Part shown: piece by piece, positions 46,565 to 55,603 of the stretch
How positions within the stretch are numbered: the stretch's first letter is position 1
Layout of the letters: every line of letters begins with the position of its first letter
Assembly: GCA_029210745.1 (NCBI GenBank)
Contig: JARGFI010000008.1
Location: 4,187-68,186, forward strand
Direction: 5' to 3'
Origin: Desulfuromonadales bacterium
GTDB taxonomy: Bacteria > Desulfobacterota > Desulfuromonadia > Desulfuromonadales > JAHYIW01
DNA length: 64,000 nucleotides
Made by a program: the position numbers and the translations under genes
The notes under the pieces: model-generated
Seen by the model: only the letters and a program-made list of their open reading frames with translations
The model's database searches: none
Told to the model about the DNA's origin: nothing

Positions 46565-48853
46565 ATGGGTTCGGAATCGAAACTTTTTTTGCGCGACCAT
46601 CTCCAGAAAGAAATCGCCGGATTTTTTTGGGCAGGCGCGGGACTCTTCCTGTTGCTGAGTCTGTTGTCCTTTCACAGTAACGATCCCTCGTTCAATAATA
46701 ACCTGCAGCCACTGGCAGTGAATAATTTCGGCGGCGTCGTTGGCGCGCATCTGGCGGATATCTTTCTGCAATTGTTCGGAGTCACTTCCTATCTGTTGCC
46801 GCTGGCCTGTTTTCTTTTTGCCTGGCGCCTGCTTAAATTTCGCGATGTGAAGGTGCGTTTATATAAAGGCGCGGCCTTTTTTCTGTTGTTGTTTTCTTTT
46901 TCGGGGCTCATCGCACTGCGTTTCGGCCCGATTCAGCTGTTTGGCCAGGAGGTCAGCGAGGCCGGCGGGGCGATCGGGCGACTGCTGGTAGCGACCCTCT
47001 CCAGCTACCTGAACACGACCGGTGCGGCGATCGTCCTCAGTGTTTTTTTTCTGGCCGCCGTGCTGCTGGTCGCGCGCTTCTCGCTGGTCCTGTTTCTGGA
47101 AGGATTGCTGGCCCGCTTCGGCGCTTACCTTGAATTGCTCCGGGAACGCCGCATGGAGAAGAGAATGCGGCGTGGCAAGGCGGGGAAACAACGCAAGCAG
47201 ATAGCGCCGATCGTCGTCATGCCCGAAGCGGTCGCACTCCCCGCGCCGCAAGCAGTAAAAAAGACCAGGAGTAAACAGTCGGTCGATACGGCGCAGGAAA
47301 CATTTGCCTTTCTCGAACCGTCCGGAACCTATCATGTTCCAACCTTGGCATTGCTCGACCACGAAGGCGCGCCGCCGAAGCCGATCGACCGCGATGCATT
47401 GATGATGAACGCCCGGCTGCTGGAAAAGAAACTTCAGGATTTCGGGGTCACCGGAGAGGTCGTTGAGGTCAAGCCGGGACCGGTGGTGACGATGTACGAA
47501 TTCGCTCCGGCGCCGGGGATCAAAGTCAACAAGATTGCGGGACTTTCCGACGATCTGGCGCTGGCGTTGTCAGCCCATTCGATCCGCATTGTCGCGCCGA
47601 TTCCGGGACGCGGTGTGGTCGGCATCGAGATTCCGAACAAAGAGCGCGAAACGGTCTATCTCAAGGAGATTTTCGAAAGTCTGGAGTTTCAGAGGACTGG
47701 CGGGCGGTTGCCGATGGCGCTGGGGAAGGATATCTTTGGCCGCACGGTTGTTTCCGATCTGGCCAAAATGCCCCATCTGCTCGTCGCCGGATCGACCGGC
47801 AGCGGCAAGTCCGTGTCGATCAACACGATGGTCTTGTCCCTTCTTTACAGCGCCCGCCCCGAGGACGTGCGGATCATTATGGTCGATCCGAAAATGCTGG
47901 AATTGTCGATTTACGAGGGGATTCCACATCTGCTGCTGCCAGTGGTGACCAATCCCAAGAAAGCGGCGCTGGCGCTCAACTGGGCAGTCCGTGAAATGGA
48001 ACGACGCTACAAGTTGATGTCCGACAAGGGGGTTCGCAATATCGACGGTTACAACAAAAAGATCGCCAAGGAAGAAAAGGAACGCCTTGGGCGAGTGGCC
48101 GCCGGCGAACTGGTGGTGCCGGTGGTCGATGAGCTGGAAGACGAATTACCGGAGATCGAGCTGGCCGAGGACGAGGTCCTCGACCATGGGCACCTCCCCT
48201 ATATTGTTGTGATTGTTGACGAACTTGCCGATCTGATGATGGTCGCCGGGCGTGAAATCGAGGAGTCCATTGCCCGCCTGGCGCAGATGGCGCGGGCCTC
48301 CGGGATTCACCTGATCCTTGCCACCCAGCGACCGAGCGTCGATGTCATCACCGGCCTGATCAAGGCCAACTTCCCGACCCGGTTATCGTTCAAGGTCTTC
48401 TCGCGCACCGATTCACGCACCATTCTCGATTCGATGGGCGCCGAGACGCTGCTGGGGATGGGGGACATGCTTTTCCTACCCCCCGGAACCGGGGTTTTAC
48501 AGCGTATTCACGGCGCTTTCGTCTCCGAACTCGAAGTGCAGCGGGTGGTTGATTTCCTCAAAAAACAAGGGCGTCCTGATTACGACAAAACGATCCTCAG
48601 CACTCCCGCCAGCGGCACCGATGGCGACACGGAAGATGCCGATGATGACTACGATGAAAAGTGGGATGAGGCACTGGCACTGGTCGCCGAGACCAAACAG
48701 GCGTCGATCTCAATGGTTCAGCGGCGGTTGCGGGTTGGTTATAATCGCGCCGCGCGGATGATTGAAAAGATGGAACAGGAAGGGATCGTCGGACCATCAG
48801 ACGGCACCAGCCGCCCGCGTGAAGTGTTTATCAATCCCATCCCTCCGGCGTAA
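46565..48853 (+). CDS. ftsK: DNA translocase FtsK
   Basis: N-terminal TM segments, GSTGSGKSV, IVVIVDELADLMM, ATQRPSVDVITG and a gamma winged helix (SISMVQRRLRVGYNRAARMIE). Confidence 0.93.
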   Translation: MGSESKLFLRDHLQKEIAGFFWAGAGLFLLLSLLSFHSNDPSFNNNLQPLAVNNFGGVVGAHLADIFLQLFGVTSYLLPLACFLFAWRLLKFRDVKVRLYKGAAFFLLLFSFSGLIALRFGPIQLFGQEVSEAGGAIGRLLVATLSSYLNTTGAAIVLSVFFLAAVLLVARFSLVLFLEGLLARFGAYLELLRERRMEKRMRRGKAGKQRKQIAPIVVMPEAVALPAPQAVKKTRSKQSVDTAQETFAFLEPSGTYHVPTLALLDHEGAPPKPIDRDALMMNARLLEKKLQDFGVTGEVVEVKPGPVVTMYEFAPAPGIKVNKIAGLSDDLALALSAHSIRIVAPIPGRGVVGIEIPNKERETVYLKEIFESLEFQRTGGRLPMALGKDIFGRTVVSDLAKMPHLLVAGSTGSGKSVSINTMVLSLLYSARPEDVRIIMVDPKMLELSIYEGIPHLLLPVVTNPKKAALALNWAVREMERRYKLMSDKGVRNIDGYNKKIAKEEKERLGRVAAGELVVPVVDELEDELPEIELAEDEVLDHGHLPYIVVIVDELADLMMVAGREIEESIARLAQMARASGIHLILATQRPSVDVITGLIKANFPTRLSFKVFSRTDSRTILDSMGAETLLGMGDMLFLPPGTGVLQRIHGAFVSELEVQRVVDFLKKQGRPDYDKTILSTPASGTDGDTEDADDDYDEKWDEALALVAETKQASISMVQRRLRVGYNRAARMIEKMEQEGIVGPSDGTSRPREVFINPIPPA

Positions 48854-48866
48854 GGATTTTAACGTT

Positions 48867-49625
48867 ATGAACCCCACCGAACTCGAAAGAATCCTGCGCG
48901 AACTGCAGAGCGGTGATATCGGCGTCAACGATGTCATGGAACGTCTCCGGCTGTTGTCGTTCGAGGATGTCGGTATTGCCCGTATTGATCATCACCGGAC
49001 GCTACGTCAGGGGTTCCCCGAGGTTATCTGGGGGGAACACAAGAGTTGTGAACAGCTGGAGATGATCATCGGACGAATGGCGAACGGGCAACAGAATGTC
49101 CTCGCGACGCGGATCGATGCCGGGAAGGGGGAGGTGCTGTGTGCCTCTTTTCCTGCCGGTGAATATGACCCGGTCGGGCGTACATTTGTGTTGAAAACGC
49201 AGCTGATCAAGGCGACCGGGCGCGGTACAGTACTGGTCATCTGCGCCGGAACCTCCGACTTGCCGGTGGCGCGTGAAGCGGCGACGACCGCGCGGCTGTT
49301 CGGTAATGACGTCGAAGAGCTGGTCGATGTCGGTGTTGCCGGGATCCACCGGATCCTCTCTCAAAGTGACGCACTCGGTCGGGCGAGTGTCATTATTGTC
49401 GTCGCCGGGATGGAAGGGGCGCTGCCGTCGGTGGTTGGCGGACTGGTTGCAGTGCCGGTGATCGCGGTGCCGACTTCGGTCGGCTACGGTGCCGCCTTCG
49501 GCGGGGTCGCGGCGTTGCTGGGGATGCTCAATTCCTGCGCCAGCGGCGTTACGGTGGTGAATATCGACAACGGTTTCGGTGCGGCCTGCGCCGCTGCCCG
49601 GATCAACCGGGAACACTGCGCATGA
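48867..49625 (+). CDS. larB: Nickel-pincer cofactor biosynthesis protein LarB (AIR-carboxylase-like)
   Basis: D.HR..R.GFPEVIWG..K, CAGTSDLPVA.EA and VVAGMEGALPSVV. Confidence 0.85.
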   Translation: MNPTELERILRELQSGDIGVNDVMERLRLLSFEDVGIARIDHHRTLRQGFPEVIWGEHKSCEQLEMIIGRMANGQQNVLATRIDAGKGEVLCASFPAGEYDPVGRTFVLKTQLIKATGRGTVLVICAGTSDLPVAREAATTARLFGNDVEELVDVGVAGIHRILSQSDALGRASVIIVVAGMEGALPSVVGGLVAVPVIAVPTSVGYGAAFGGVAALLGMLNSCASGVTVVNIDNGFGAACAAARINREHCA

Positions 49626-50812
49626 TCCTTTATCTCGACCCGTTTGCCGGAATCTCCGGCGATATGTTCCTGGGTTTACTGGTCGATCTCGGTGTTGACG
49701 TCGCCGCTTTCGAGACGCAACTGGCATCCCTTTCGCTCCCCGGTTACCGGCTTGAATGGCGGCGTGAAAAACGTCGGGGAATTGCCGGCACCCGCTGTCT
49801 GGTCCACGGTGAAGAACAGACCGATGACCGGACCTGGCGCGCCATCGATACCCTGCTGGCGGAAAGTTCCCTCGCTCTACCGGTGCGTGATCTGGCCCGG
49901 CGGATTTTTCGGCGTCTCGCTGTCGCTGAAGCCAGGGTGCATGGGACGACGCCGGAGGAGGTTCACTTTCACGAAGTCGGCGCCCTTGACTCGATCATCG
50001 ATATCGTTGGCGCTGCCATCGGCCTGACGACCCTCGCTCCCGCACAGATCGTTTGTGCGCCACTGCCGCTGACCCGGGGGATGGTGACGACCCGGCACGG
50101 CAATTATCCGTTGCCGGCACCGGCCACCCTTGCATTGCTGAGTGGTGTGCCGGTACAGTTCGTTGCCGGAAATCAGGAGCTGGTGACGCCGACCGGCGCG
50201 GCGATTGTCGCCGAGGTCGCAACGTTCGGGTCCTTTCCCCCTTGTGTCCCCGCACGGGTTGGTTACGGGGTCGGCAGCCGCGATCCCGAGGAGCGGCCCA
50301 ATGTCCTGCGTGGTTTTCTTGCCCAGCAAAATGATGCGGCCGGACTTGAAACGGACCGGGTGACGGTGATCGAAACCCACCTCGATGACGCCAATCCCGA
50401 ATGGCTCGGGGAGCTGATGGAGCGCCTCTTTGACGAAGGTGCTCTGGATGTTGTTTTTGCCCCGTTGCAGATGAAGAAAAACCGTCCTGGTGTGCGGCTG
50501 ACGGTGATCGCACCGACGGAACTGGGCACCCATCTGTCCCGCCGTGTGTTGTATGAAAGCAGCGCCATCGGCGTGCGCTGTTACGAGACCAGCCGTCTCA
50601 AGTTGCGCCGCGTTGCCTCGACAGTGATGACCGAACTCGGCGAGGTCCAGGTCAAGCTTCTCTTTGACGGCACCACGCTGGTACGCGCCACCCCGGAATT
50701 CGACAGCTGCCGTGAATTGGCCAGAAATAACGGGACGCCGTTGCCGGAGGTCATGCGGATGGTGGAGCGGGCGGCGGATCAATATGTGAAGCATGAGGAG
50801 GGGGAACGTTGA
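49622..50812 (+). CDS. larC: Nickel insertion protein LarC (DUF111)
   Basis: YLDPFAGISGDM and HFHEVGALDSI. ATGA overlap with larB. Confidence 0.85.
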   Translation: MILYLDPFAGISGDMFLGLLVDLGVDVAAFETQLASLSLPGYRLEWRREKRRGIAGTRCLVHGEEQTDDRTWRAIDTLLAESSLALPVRDLARRIFRRLAVAEARVHGTTPEEVHFHEVGALDSIIDIVGAAIGLTTLAPAQIVCAPLPLTRGMVTTRHGNYPLPAPATLALLSGVPVQFVAGNQELVTPTGAAIVAEVATFGSFPPCVPARVGYGVGSRDPEERPNVLRGFLAQQNDAAGLETDRVTVIETHLDDANPEWLGELMERLFDEGALDVVFAPLQMKKNRPGVRLTVIAPTELGTHLSRRVLYESSAIGVRCYETSRLKLRRVASTVMTELGEVQVKLLFDGTTLVRATPEFDSCRELARNNGTPLPEVMRMVERAADQYVKHEEGER

Positions 50813-53697
50813 CCGCAAGAGATTTTATTGCCAAATGGCAGGCTTCAACGCTCAAGGAGCGTTCGGCTGCGCAAGAACATTTTCTCGACCTGTGTCGGCT
50901 GCTCGATCATAAAACCCCGGCCGAGGTCGATCCGACCGGCGAGCATTTCACCTTTGAACGCGGTGCCGCCAAGACCGGCGGTGGCGATGGCTGGGCCGAT
51001 GTCTGGAAAAAAGGCTGCTTTGCCTGGGAATACAAAGGCAAACACAAGGATCTCACCGCCGCCTTTGCCCAGTTGCAGCGCTACGCCATCGCCCTGGAAA
51101 ATCCGCCGCTGCTGGTGGTTTCCGACATGGAAACGATTATCATCCACACCAACTTTACCAACACGGTGCAGGAGATTCACACCCTCACCCTTGAAGAGTT
51201 GGAGCTGCCCGAGGCGCGGCAGAAGTTGCACTGGCTCTTTGTCGAGCCCGAGCGCTTTCGCCCCGGCATCACCCGACGCATGGTCACCGAGCAGGCGGCG
51301 CAGACCTTTGCCGGGCTTGCCCAGACCCTGCGCAACGCCGGGCATGATAGCCACAGTGTCGCCCACTTCGTCAACAAGCTGATCTTCTGCATGTTCGCCG
51401 AGGACAGCGGCCTCCTCCCCGGCCAGCTCTTTACCCGCATGGTCGAATCGGTGCAGTCGCGGCCGGAGAAGTTTGCCGAGCGCGCGGGTCTGCTCTTTGC
51501 CTCCATGCGCGACGGCGGAGAGATCGGTTTCGGCGACGTCGTCCCCTGGTTCAACGGCGGCCTCTTTGACGACGACACCGCGCTGCCTCTCGATACCGTC
51601 AGTGTCGGTCAGCTGCTGGCCTGCGCCAAACTCGACTGGAGCGACATCGAACCGGCGATCTTCGGCACCCTCTTCGAGCGCGGCCTCGACCCGGCCAAGC
51701 GCAGCCAGCTCGGCGCTCACTATACCGACCGCGATTCGATCATGCGAATTGTCGGTCCGGTGGTGGTCGAACCGCTGGAGCTGGAGTGGCGTCAGAGCAA
51801 AATCGCGATCGACGCTGCCCTCGACAAAAAGAGTGCCCCGGCGCGCAAGAAGGCCGAGGAGAGCTACCGCGCTTTCTTGACCAAACTCCGCGCCACGCGG
51901 GTCCTCGATCCGGCCTGCGGCAGCGGCAACTTTCTCTACCTCTCCCTGGTCGAGCTGAAGAATCTGGAGCATCGGGTGATGCTCGAAGGGGAGATTTTCG
52001 GCTTTCAGCGTGACTTCCCCCAGGTGGGGCCGCAGAACGTGCTGGGGATCGAGGTCAACGACTACGCCGCCGAACTGGCCCGCGTCACCGTCTGGATCGG
52101 CGACATTCAGTGGAGCCTCAAGAACGGTCTCGGTTACAGCACCAACCCGATTCTCAAGAAGCTCAACACCATTACCTGCCGCGATGCGCTGCTGAATGCC
52201 GACGGAACCGAAACCGTCTGGCCTCCAGCCGACTGCATCGTCGGTAATCCGCCGTTTCTCGGCGATAAGAAGATGCTCGCCGAATTGGGGGACGATTACG
52301 TCACTCGTCTGCGGGCGCTCTACAAGGGCCGCGTTCCCGGCGGCGCCGATCTGGTGACTTACTGGTTCGAAAAGGCGCGGGCGGAGATCGAGGCCGATCG
52401 CGTGCAACGCGCCGGTCTGGTCGCCACCAATTCGGTGCGGGGCGGCGCCAACCGCAAGGTGCTGGAGCGCGTCTGCGCCAGCGGGCGGATATTCAACGCC
52501 TGGAGTGATGAGCCGTGGATCAACGAGGGTGCGGCGGTACGGGTGTCGCTGGTCTGTTTCGAGGGGAATGATTTTGTAGGGGCAGGTTCCAAACCTGCCC
52601 GGTTGGATGGCAATCCCGTTTCAGCCATTTACGCCGATTTGACCGGACCGGCAGAACGGGCGGGTTTGGAACCCGCCCCTACCTGCGATCTGACAACAGC
52701 AAAACGTTTGACGGAGAATGCAGGTATTGGATTTATCGGTACACAAAAGTCAGGAGATTTTGATATATCTGGTGAAAAAGCTCGACGGTTTCTGCCGTTG
52801 CCGAATCCTCATGGGAAACCCAATATCGATGTCGTCAAACCATTCGCAAATGGTGCCGCTGTTACAAGACGCTGGCCAGACAATTGGGTGATCGACTTCG
52901 GATGCGATATGCACGAAAGTGATGCGGCATTATACGAGAAACCATTTGAATATATTAAGGAATATGTAAAAGACCATCTTCTGGATAAAAAAATAACGTG
53001 GGAAAAAGAAGAAAAAAATACGCAACATCTTGATCGACAAATTGAAAACTGGTGGCTTCTTTGGTGCTCTCGCCCGGAAATGAGAACAGCACTGTCATCA
53101 CTCAACCGCTATATAGCTACTCCCCGAGTAGCAAAATATCGATTGTTTACCTGGCTTGAAAAAACAGTACTTCCCGACTGTCAACTGGTCGTCATCGCCC
53201 GCGACGACGACACCACCTTCGGCATCCTCCATTCCCGCTTCCACGAACTGTGGGCACTGCGCATGGGAACAAGCCTCGAAGATCGGCCGCGCTACACGCC
53301 GACCACCACCTTCGAAACCTTCCCCTTCCCAACCGGCCTCACCCCCAACCTGCCAGCCAGCAGCTACGCTGGCACCCCGCAGGCCGAGGCGGTCGCCGAA
53401 GCGGCGCGGCGGCTGGTCGAACTGCGCGACAACTGGCTGAATCCCGCTGAATGGATTGAGCGAGTACCGGAAGTCGTCGCTGGCTATCCCGACCGCATCC
53501 TGCCCAAGCCGGGTTGCGAAAAAGAGCTGGCCAAGCGCACCCTGACCAATCTCTATAACCTGCATCCGCAGTGGCTGGTCAACGCTCACGCCGCCCTTGA
53601 TGCCGCCGTCGCTGCCGCCTACGGCTGGCCCGCCGACCTGGCCGACGACGAGGTGCTGGGGCGACTCCTGGCGCTGAACAAGGAGCGGAGTCGGTGA
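50809..53697 (+). CDS. MmeI-family Type IIL restriction-modification enzyme (nuclease + N6-adenine methyltransferase + specificity in one chain)
   Basis: DVWKKGCFAWEYK is D-x9-E-x-K, placed like the MmeI nuclease motif. It also has NPPLLVVSD, motif I VLDPACGSGNFL and motif IV IVGNPPF. At 962 aa it is close to MmeI (about 920 aa). The TTG start overlaps the larC stop by 4 nt. Confidence 0.85.
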   Translation: MTARDFIAKWQASTLKERSAAQEHFLDLCRLLDHKTPAEVDPTGEHFTFERGAAKTGGGDGWADVWKKGCFAWEYKGKHKDLTAAFAQLQRYAIALENPPLLVVSDMETIIIHTNFTNTVQEIHTLTLEELELPEARQKLHWLFVEPERFRPGITRRMVTEQAAQTFAGLAQTLRNAGHDSHSVAHFVNKLIFCMFAEDSGLLPGQLFTRMVESVQSRPEKFAERAGLLFASMRDGGEIGFGDVVPWFNGGLFDDDTALPLDTVSVGQLLACAKLDWSDIEPAIFGTLFERGLDPAKRSQLGAHYTDRDSIMRIVGPVVVEPLELEWRQSKIAIDAALDKKSAPARKKAEESYRAFLTKLRATRVLDPACGSGNFLYLSLVELKNLEHRVMLEGEIFGFQRDFPQVGPQNVLGIEVNDYAAELARVTVWIGDIQWSLKNGLGYSTNPILKKLNTITCRDALLNADGTETVWPPADCIVGNPPFLGDKKMLAELGDDYVTRLRALYKGRVPGGADLVTYWFEKARAEIEADRVQRAGLVATNSVRGGANRKVLERVCASGRIFNAWSDEPWINEGAAVRVSLVCFEGNDFVGAGSKPARLDGNPVSAIYADLTGPAERAGLEPAPTCDLTTAKRLTENAGIGFIGTQKSGDFDISGEKARRFLPLPNPHGKPNIDVVKPFANGAAVTRRWPDNWVIDFGCDMHESDAALYEKPFEYIKEYVKDHLLDKKITWEKEEKNTQHLDRQIENWWLLWCSRPEMRTALSSLNRYIATPRVAKYRLFTWLEKTVLPDCQLVVIARDDDTTFGILHSRFHELWALRMGTSLEDRPRYTPTTTFETFPFPTGLTPNLPASSYAGTPQAEAVAEAARRLVELRDNWLNPAEWIERVPEVVAGYPDRILPKPGCEKELAKRTLTNLYNLHPQWLVNAHAALDAAVAAAYGWPADLADDEVLGRLLALNKERSR
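52575..52682. repeat. Two inverted REP hairpins inside the RM ORF, read in frame
   Basis: tgtaggggcaggttccaaacctgccc (52575-52600) and gggcgggtttggaacccgcccctac (52658-52682). The reverse complement of the second differs from the first at two positions, which are compensatory within the 9-bp stem. Confidence 0.75.
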
Positions 53698-53748
53698 GTT
53701 CATCTCATGCGAACTTCCCGGCGAAGTGGCAATTATCCTGTGTTGAAC

Positions 53749-53770
53749 GTTTTGCTGACGTCGGCAAAAC
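53749..53770. promoter_or_regulatory. 22-bp near-perfect palindrome upstream of dinD
   Basis: gttttgctgac|gtcggcaaaac (one mismatch), 41 nt upstream of the dinD ATG. Confidence 0.35.
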
Positions 53771-53810
53771 GATAAAAATATCTGGCAAAAAAATCAGGAG
53801 GGGGGCAACT

Positions 53811-54662
53811 ATGAAAAACGACATCATTATCCAGCTGCACAAGAATTTCGAGGATTACGCTCGTCAGGTCGATGGTGAGGAGTTTTGGTTCGCCCGTGAA
53901 CTTCAACTGCTTTTGGGGTACACGCAATGGCGTAACTTCGGACTGGTCATTGACAAGGCGAAGATTGCCTGTCAGACCGCCGGACATGCGGTAACGGATC
54001 ATTTTCCTGACGTCAGAAAAACGATTCCGATGCCTAAAGGCGCGGAAAAAGAGATTGACGATCTCATGCTCACCCGCTATGCGTGTTATCTCATCGCCCA
54101 GAACGGCGACTCGCGCAAGGTCGAGATCGCTTTTGCGCAAACCTATTTCGCGATCCAGACCCGTCGCATTGAGCTGATTGAAAAACGTCTGGCAGATCAG
54201 GAGCGATTGACCGCAAGACAAAAGCTCTCCTTGTCGGAAAAAGAATTGTCCGGGCTAATCTTCGAGCGCATCGGCGATAATAGCGGATTTGCTCGCATTC
54301 GCAGTCGGGGGGATTCTGCTCTATTCGGTGGCAAGAGCACCCAGCAGATGAAGACCCGGCTCGGAGTGACCAACACTCGGGCACTGGCCGATTTTTTGCC
54401 AACCATTACTATCAAAGCCAAGGACTTCGCCACCGAGATCACAAATTTCAACATGCGACGTGACGATTTACGTTATGAAAATGAAATCACTCACGAGCAC
54501 GTTAAAAACAATCAGGACGTGCGCAAGGTCTTGACCGACCGAGGGATCAAACCCGAGGATTTGCCCGCAGCCGAAGACATCAAAAAACTTGAACGACGAG
54601 TAAAGTCAGAAGAAAAACAGCTCGCCAAAAAGGCGGAAAAGCCCAAAAGACTGCCGAGATAA
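53811..54662 (+). CDS. dinD: DNA-damage-inducible protein D homolog (BRO-N/KilA-N-like N-terminus)
   Basis: [33 protein letters not shown] against E. coli DinD [33 protein letters not shown] (from memory). Strong RBS caggagggggg. Confidence 0.8.
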   Translation: [283 protein letters not shown]

Positions 54663-54664
54663 TT

Positions 54665-55117
54665 ATGCGCCGTATCATTTTGTTTTTCTCTAGCAACGCC
54701 GGTCTCGGTTACGCCCCGGTGGCACCGGGGACTTTCGGCACCCTCGCCGGTATCCCGGCCTTCTGGTTGCTGGCCAATTTGCCACCGCTGCTGTGGTTGT
54801 TGACTTTCGCCGCCCTGCTTTGCCTCTCGTTCTGGATCTCGGATGCCGCCGGCAAGATCTACGGCGTGGTTGATGACGGCCGGATCGTTATCGACGAACT
54901 GGTCGGCTATCTGGTCACCGTCGCTTTTCTGCCCTGCACCTGGTGGGTGCTGCTCGGTGGCTTCTGCTGGTTTCGCGTCTTCGACATTTTTAAACCTTGG
55001 CCGGCCAGTTACTTCGACAAGCAGATGAAGAACGGCGTCGGCGTGGTGCTTGACGACGTGGTCGCAGGGGTTTATGGGGCGGTGGCGTTGCGGCTGTGTT
55101 TGTGGTTGTTTGCCTAA
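54665..55117 (+). CDS. pgpA: Phosphatidylglycerophosphatase A
   Basis: GLGYAPVAPGTFGTL, VIDELVGY and FRVFDIFKPWP. Confidence 0.88.
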   Translation: MRRIILFFSSNAGLGYAPVAPGTFGTLAGIPAFWLLANLPPLLWLLTFAALLCLSFWISDAAGKIYGVVDDGRIVIDELVGYLVTVAFLPCTWWVLLGGFCWFRVFDIFKPWPASYFDKQMKNGVGVVLDDVVAGVYGAVALRLCLWLFA

Positions 55118-55121
55118 AGTT

Positions 55122-55150
55122 CTCACCACGAAGATACGGAGGACACGAAG
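55122..55150. repeat. Third copy of the 'caccacgaag...' REP element
   Basis: ctcaccacgaagatacggaggacacgaag, immediately after the pgpA stop. Confidence 0.5.
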
Positions 55151-55216
55151 CGGGTCTCTCGGTGAATATAGGATCAAGCTCTTTGGCTAACCGGTTGTTT
55201 ACTGAAGGAGTATTCA

Positions 55217-55603
55217 ATGGACAGGGAACGTCTGGTTGAACGCATAGAAGAATATCTGAAAGCGCTGTCACAGCTTGAAAAAGCTCTCGCCCAGCCGAAG
55301 GATGAATTTATTCGCGATTCGGTCATTCAGCGCTTCGAGTTTACCCATGAACTGGCCTGGAAGATGCTGAAACTGAAACTTGAAGCTGAAGGACTTTCGG
55401 TTCGAACACCGCGTGAAGCCTTGCAGGAAGCTCTGCAAGCGGGGCTGACCGAAGATGGCAACCGCTGGACCGACATGCTGAAGATGCGCAACCTGACCAG
55501 CCATACTTATCGTGAAAAACTGGCTGACGACGTTTATGTGTTCGTCGGTACCCAGGCTTTGCCGCTGTTCCGGCAGTTGGCAACGAAATGCCGGACATGG
55601 TGA
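55217..55603 (+). CDS. HEPN-domain protein, HI0074-family nucleotidyltransferase substrate-binding protein (putative toxin)
   Basis: IQRFEFTHELAWKMLK plus the R-x4-H motif RNLTSH. Confidence 0.85.
   Translation: MDRERLVERIEEYLKALSQLEKALAQPKDEFIRDSVIQRFEFTHELAWKMLKLKLEAEGLSVRTPREALQEALQAGLTEDGNRWTDMLKMRNLTSHTYREKLADDVYVFVGTQALPLFRQLATKCRTW

Noticed and set aside
50845-52407. 520-aa ORF antisense to the RM gene
   Set aside because: It lies opposite the strongly supported methyltransferase region, and its composition-driven open frame ends where the AT-rich cassette begins.
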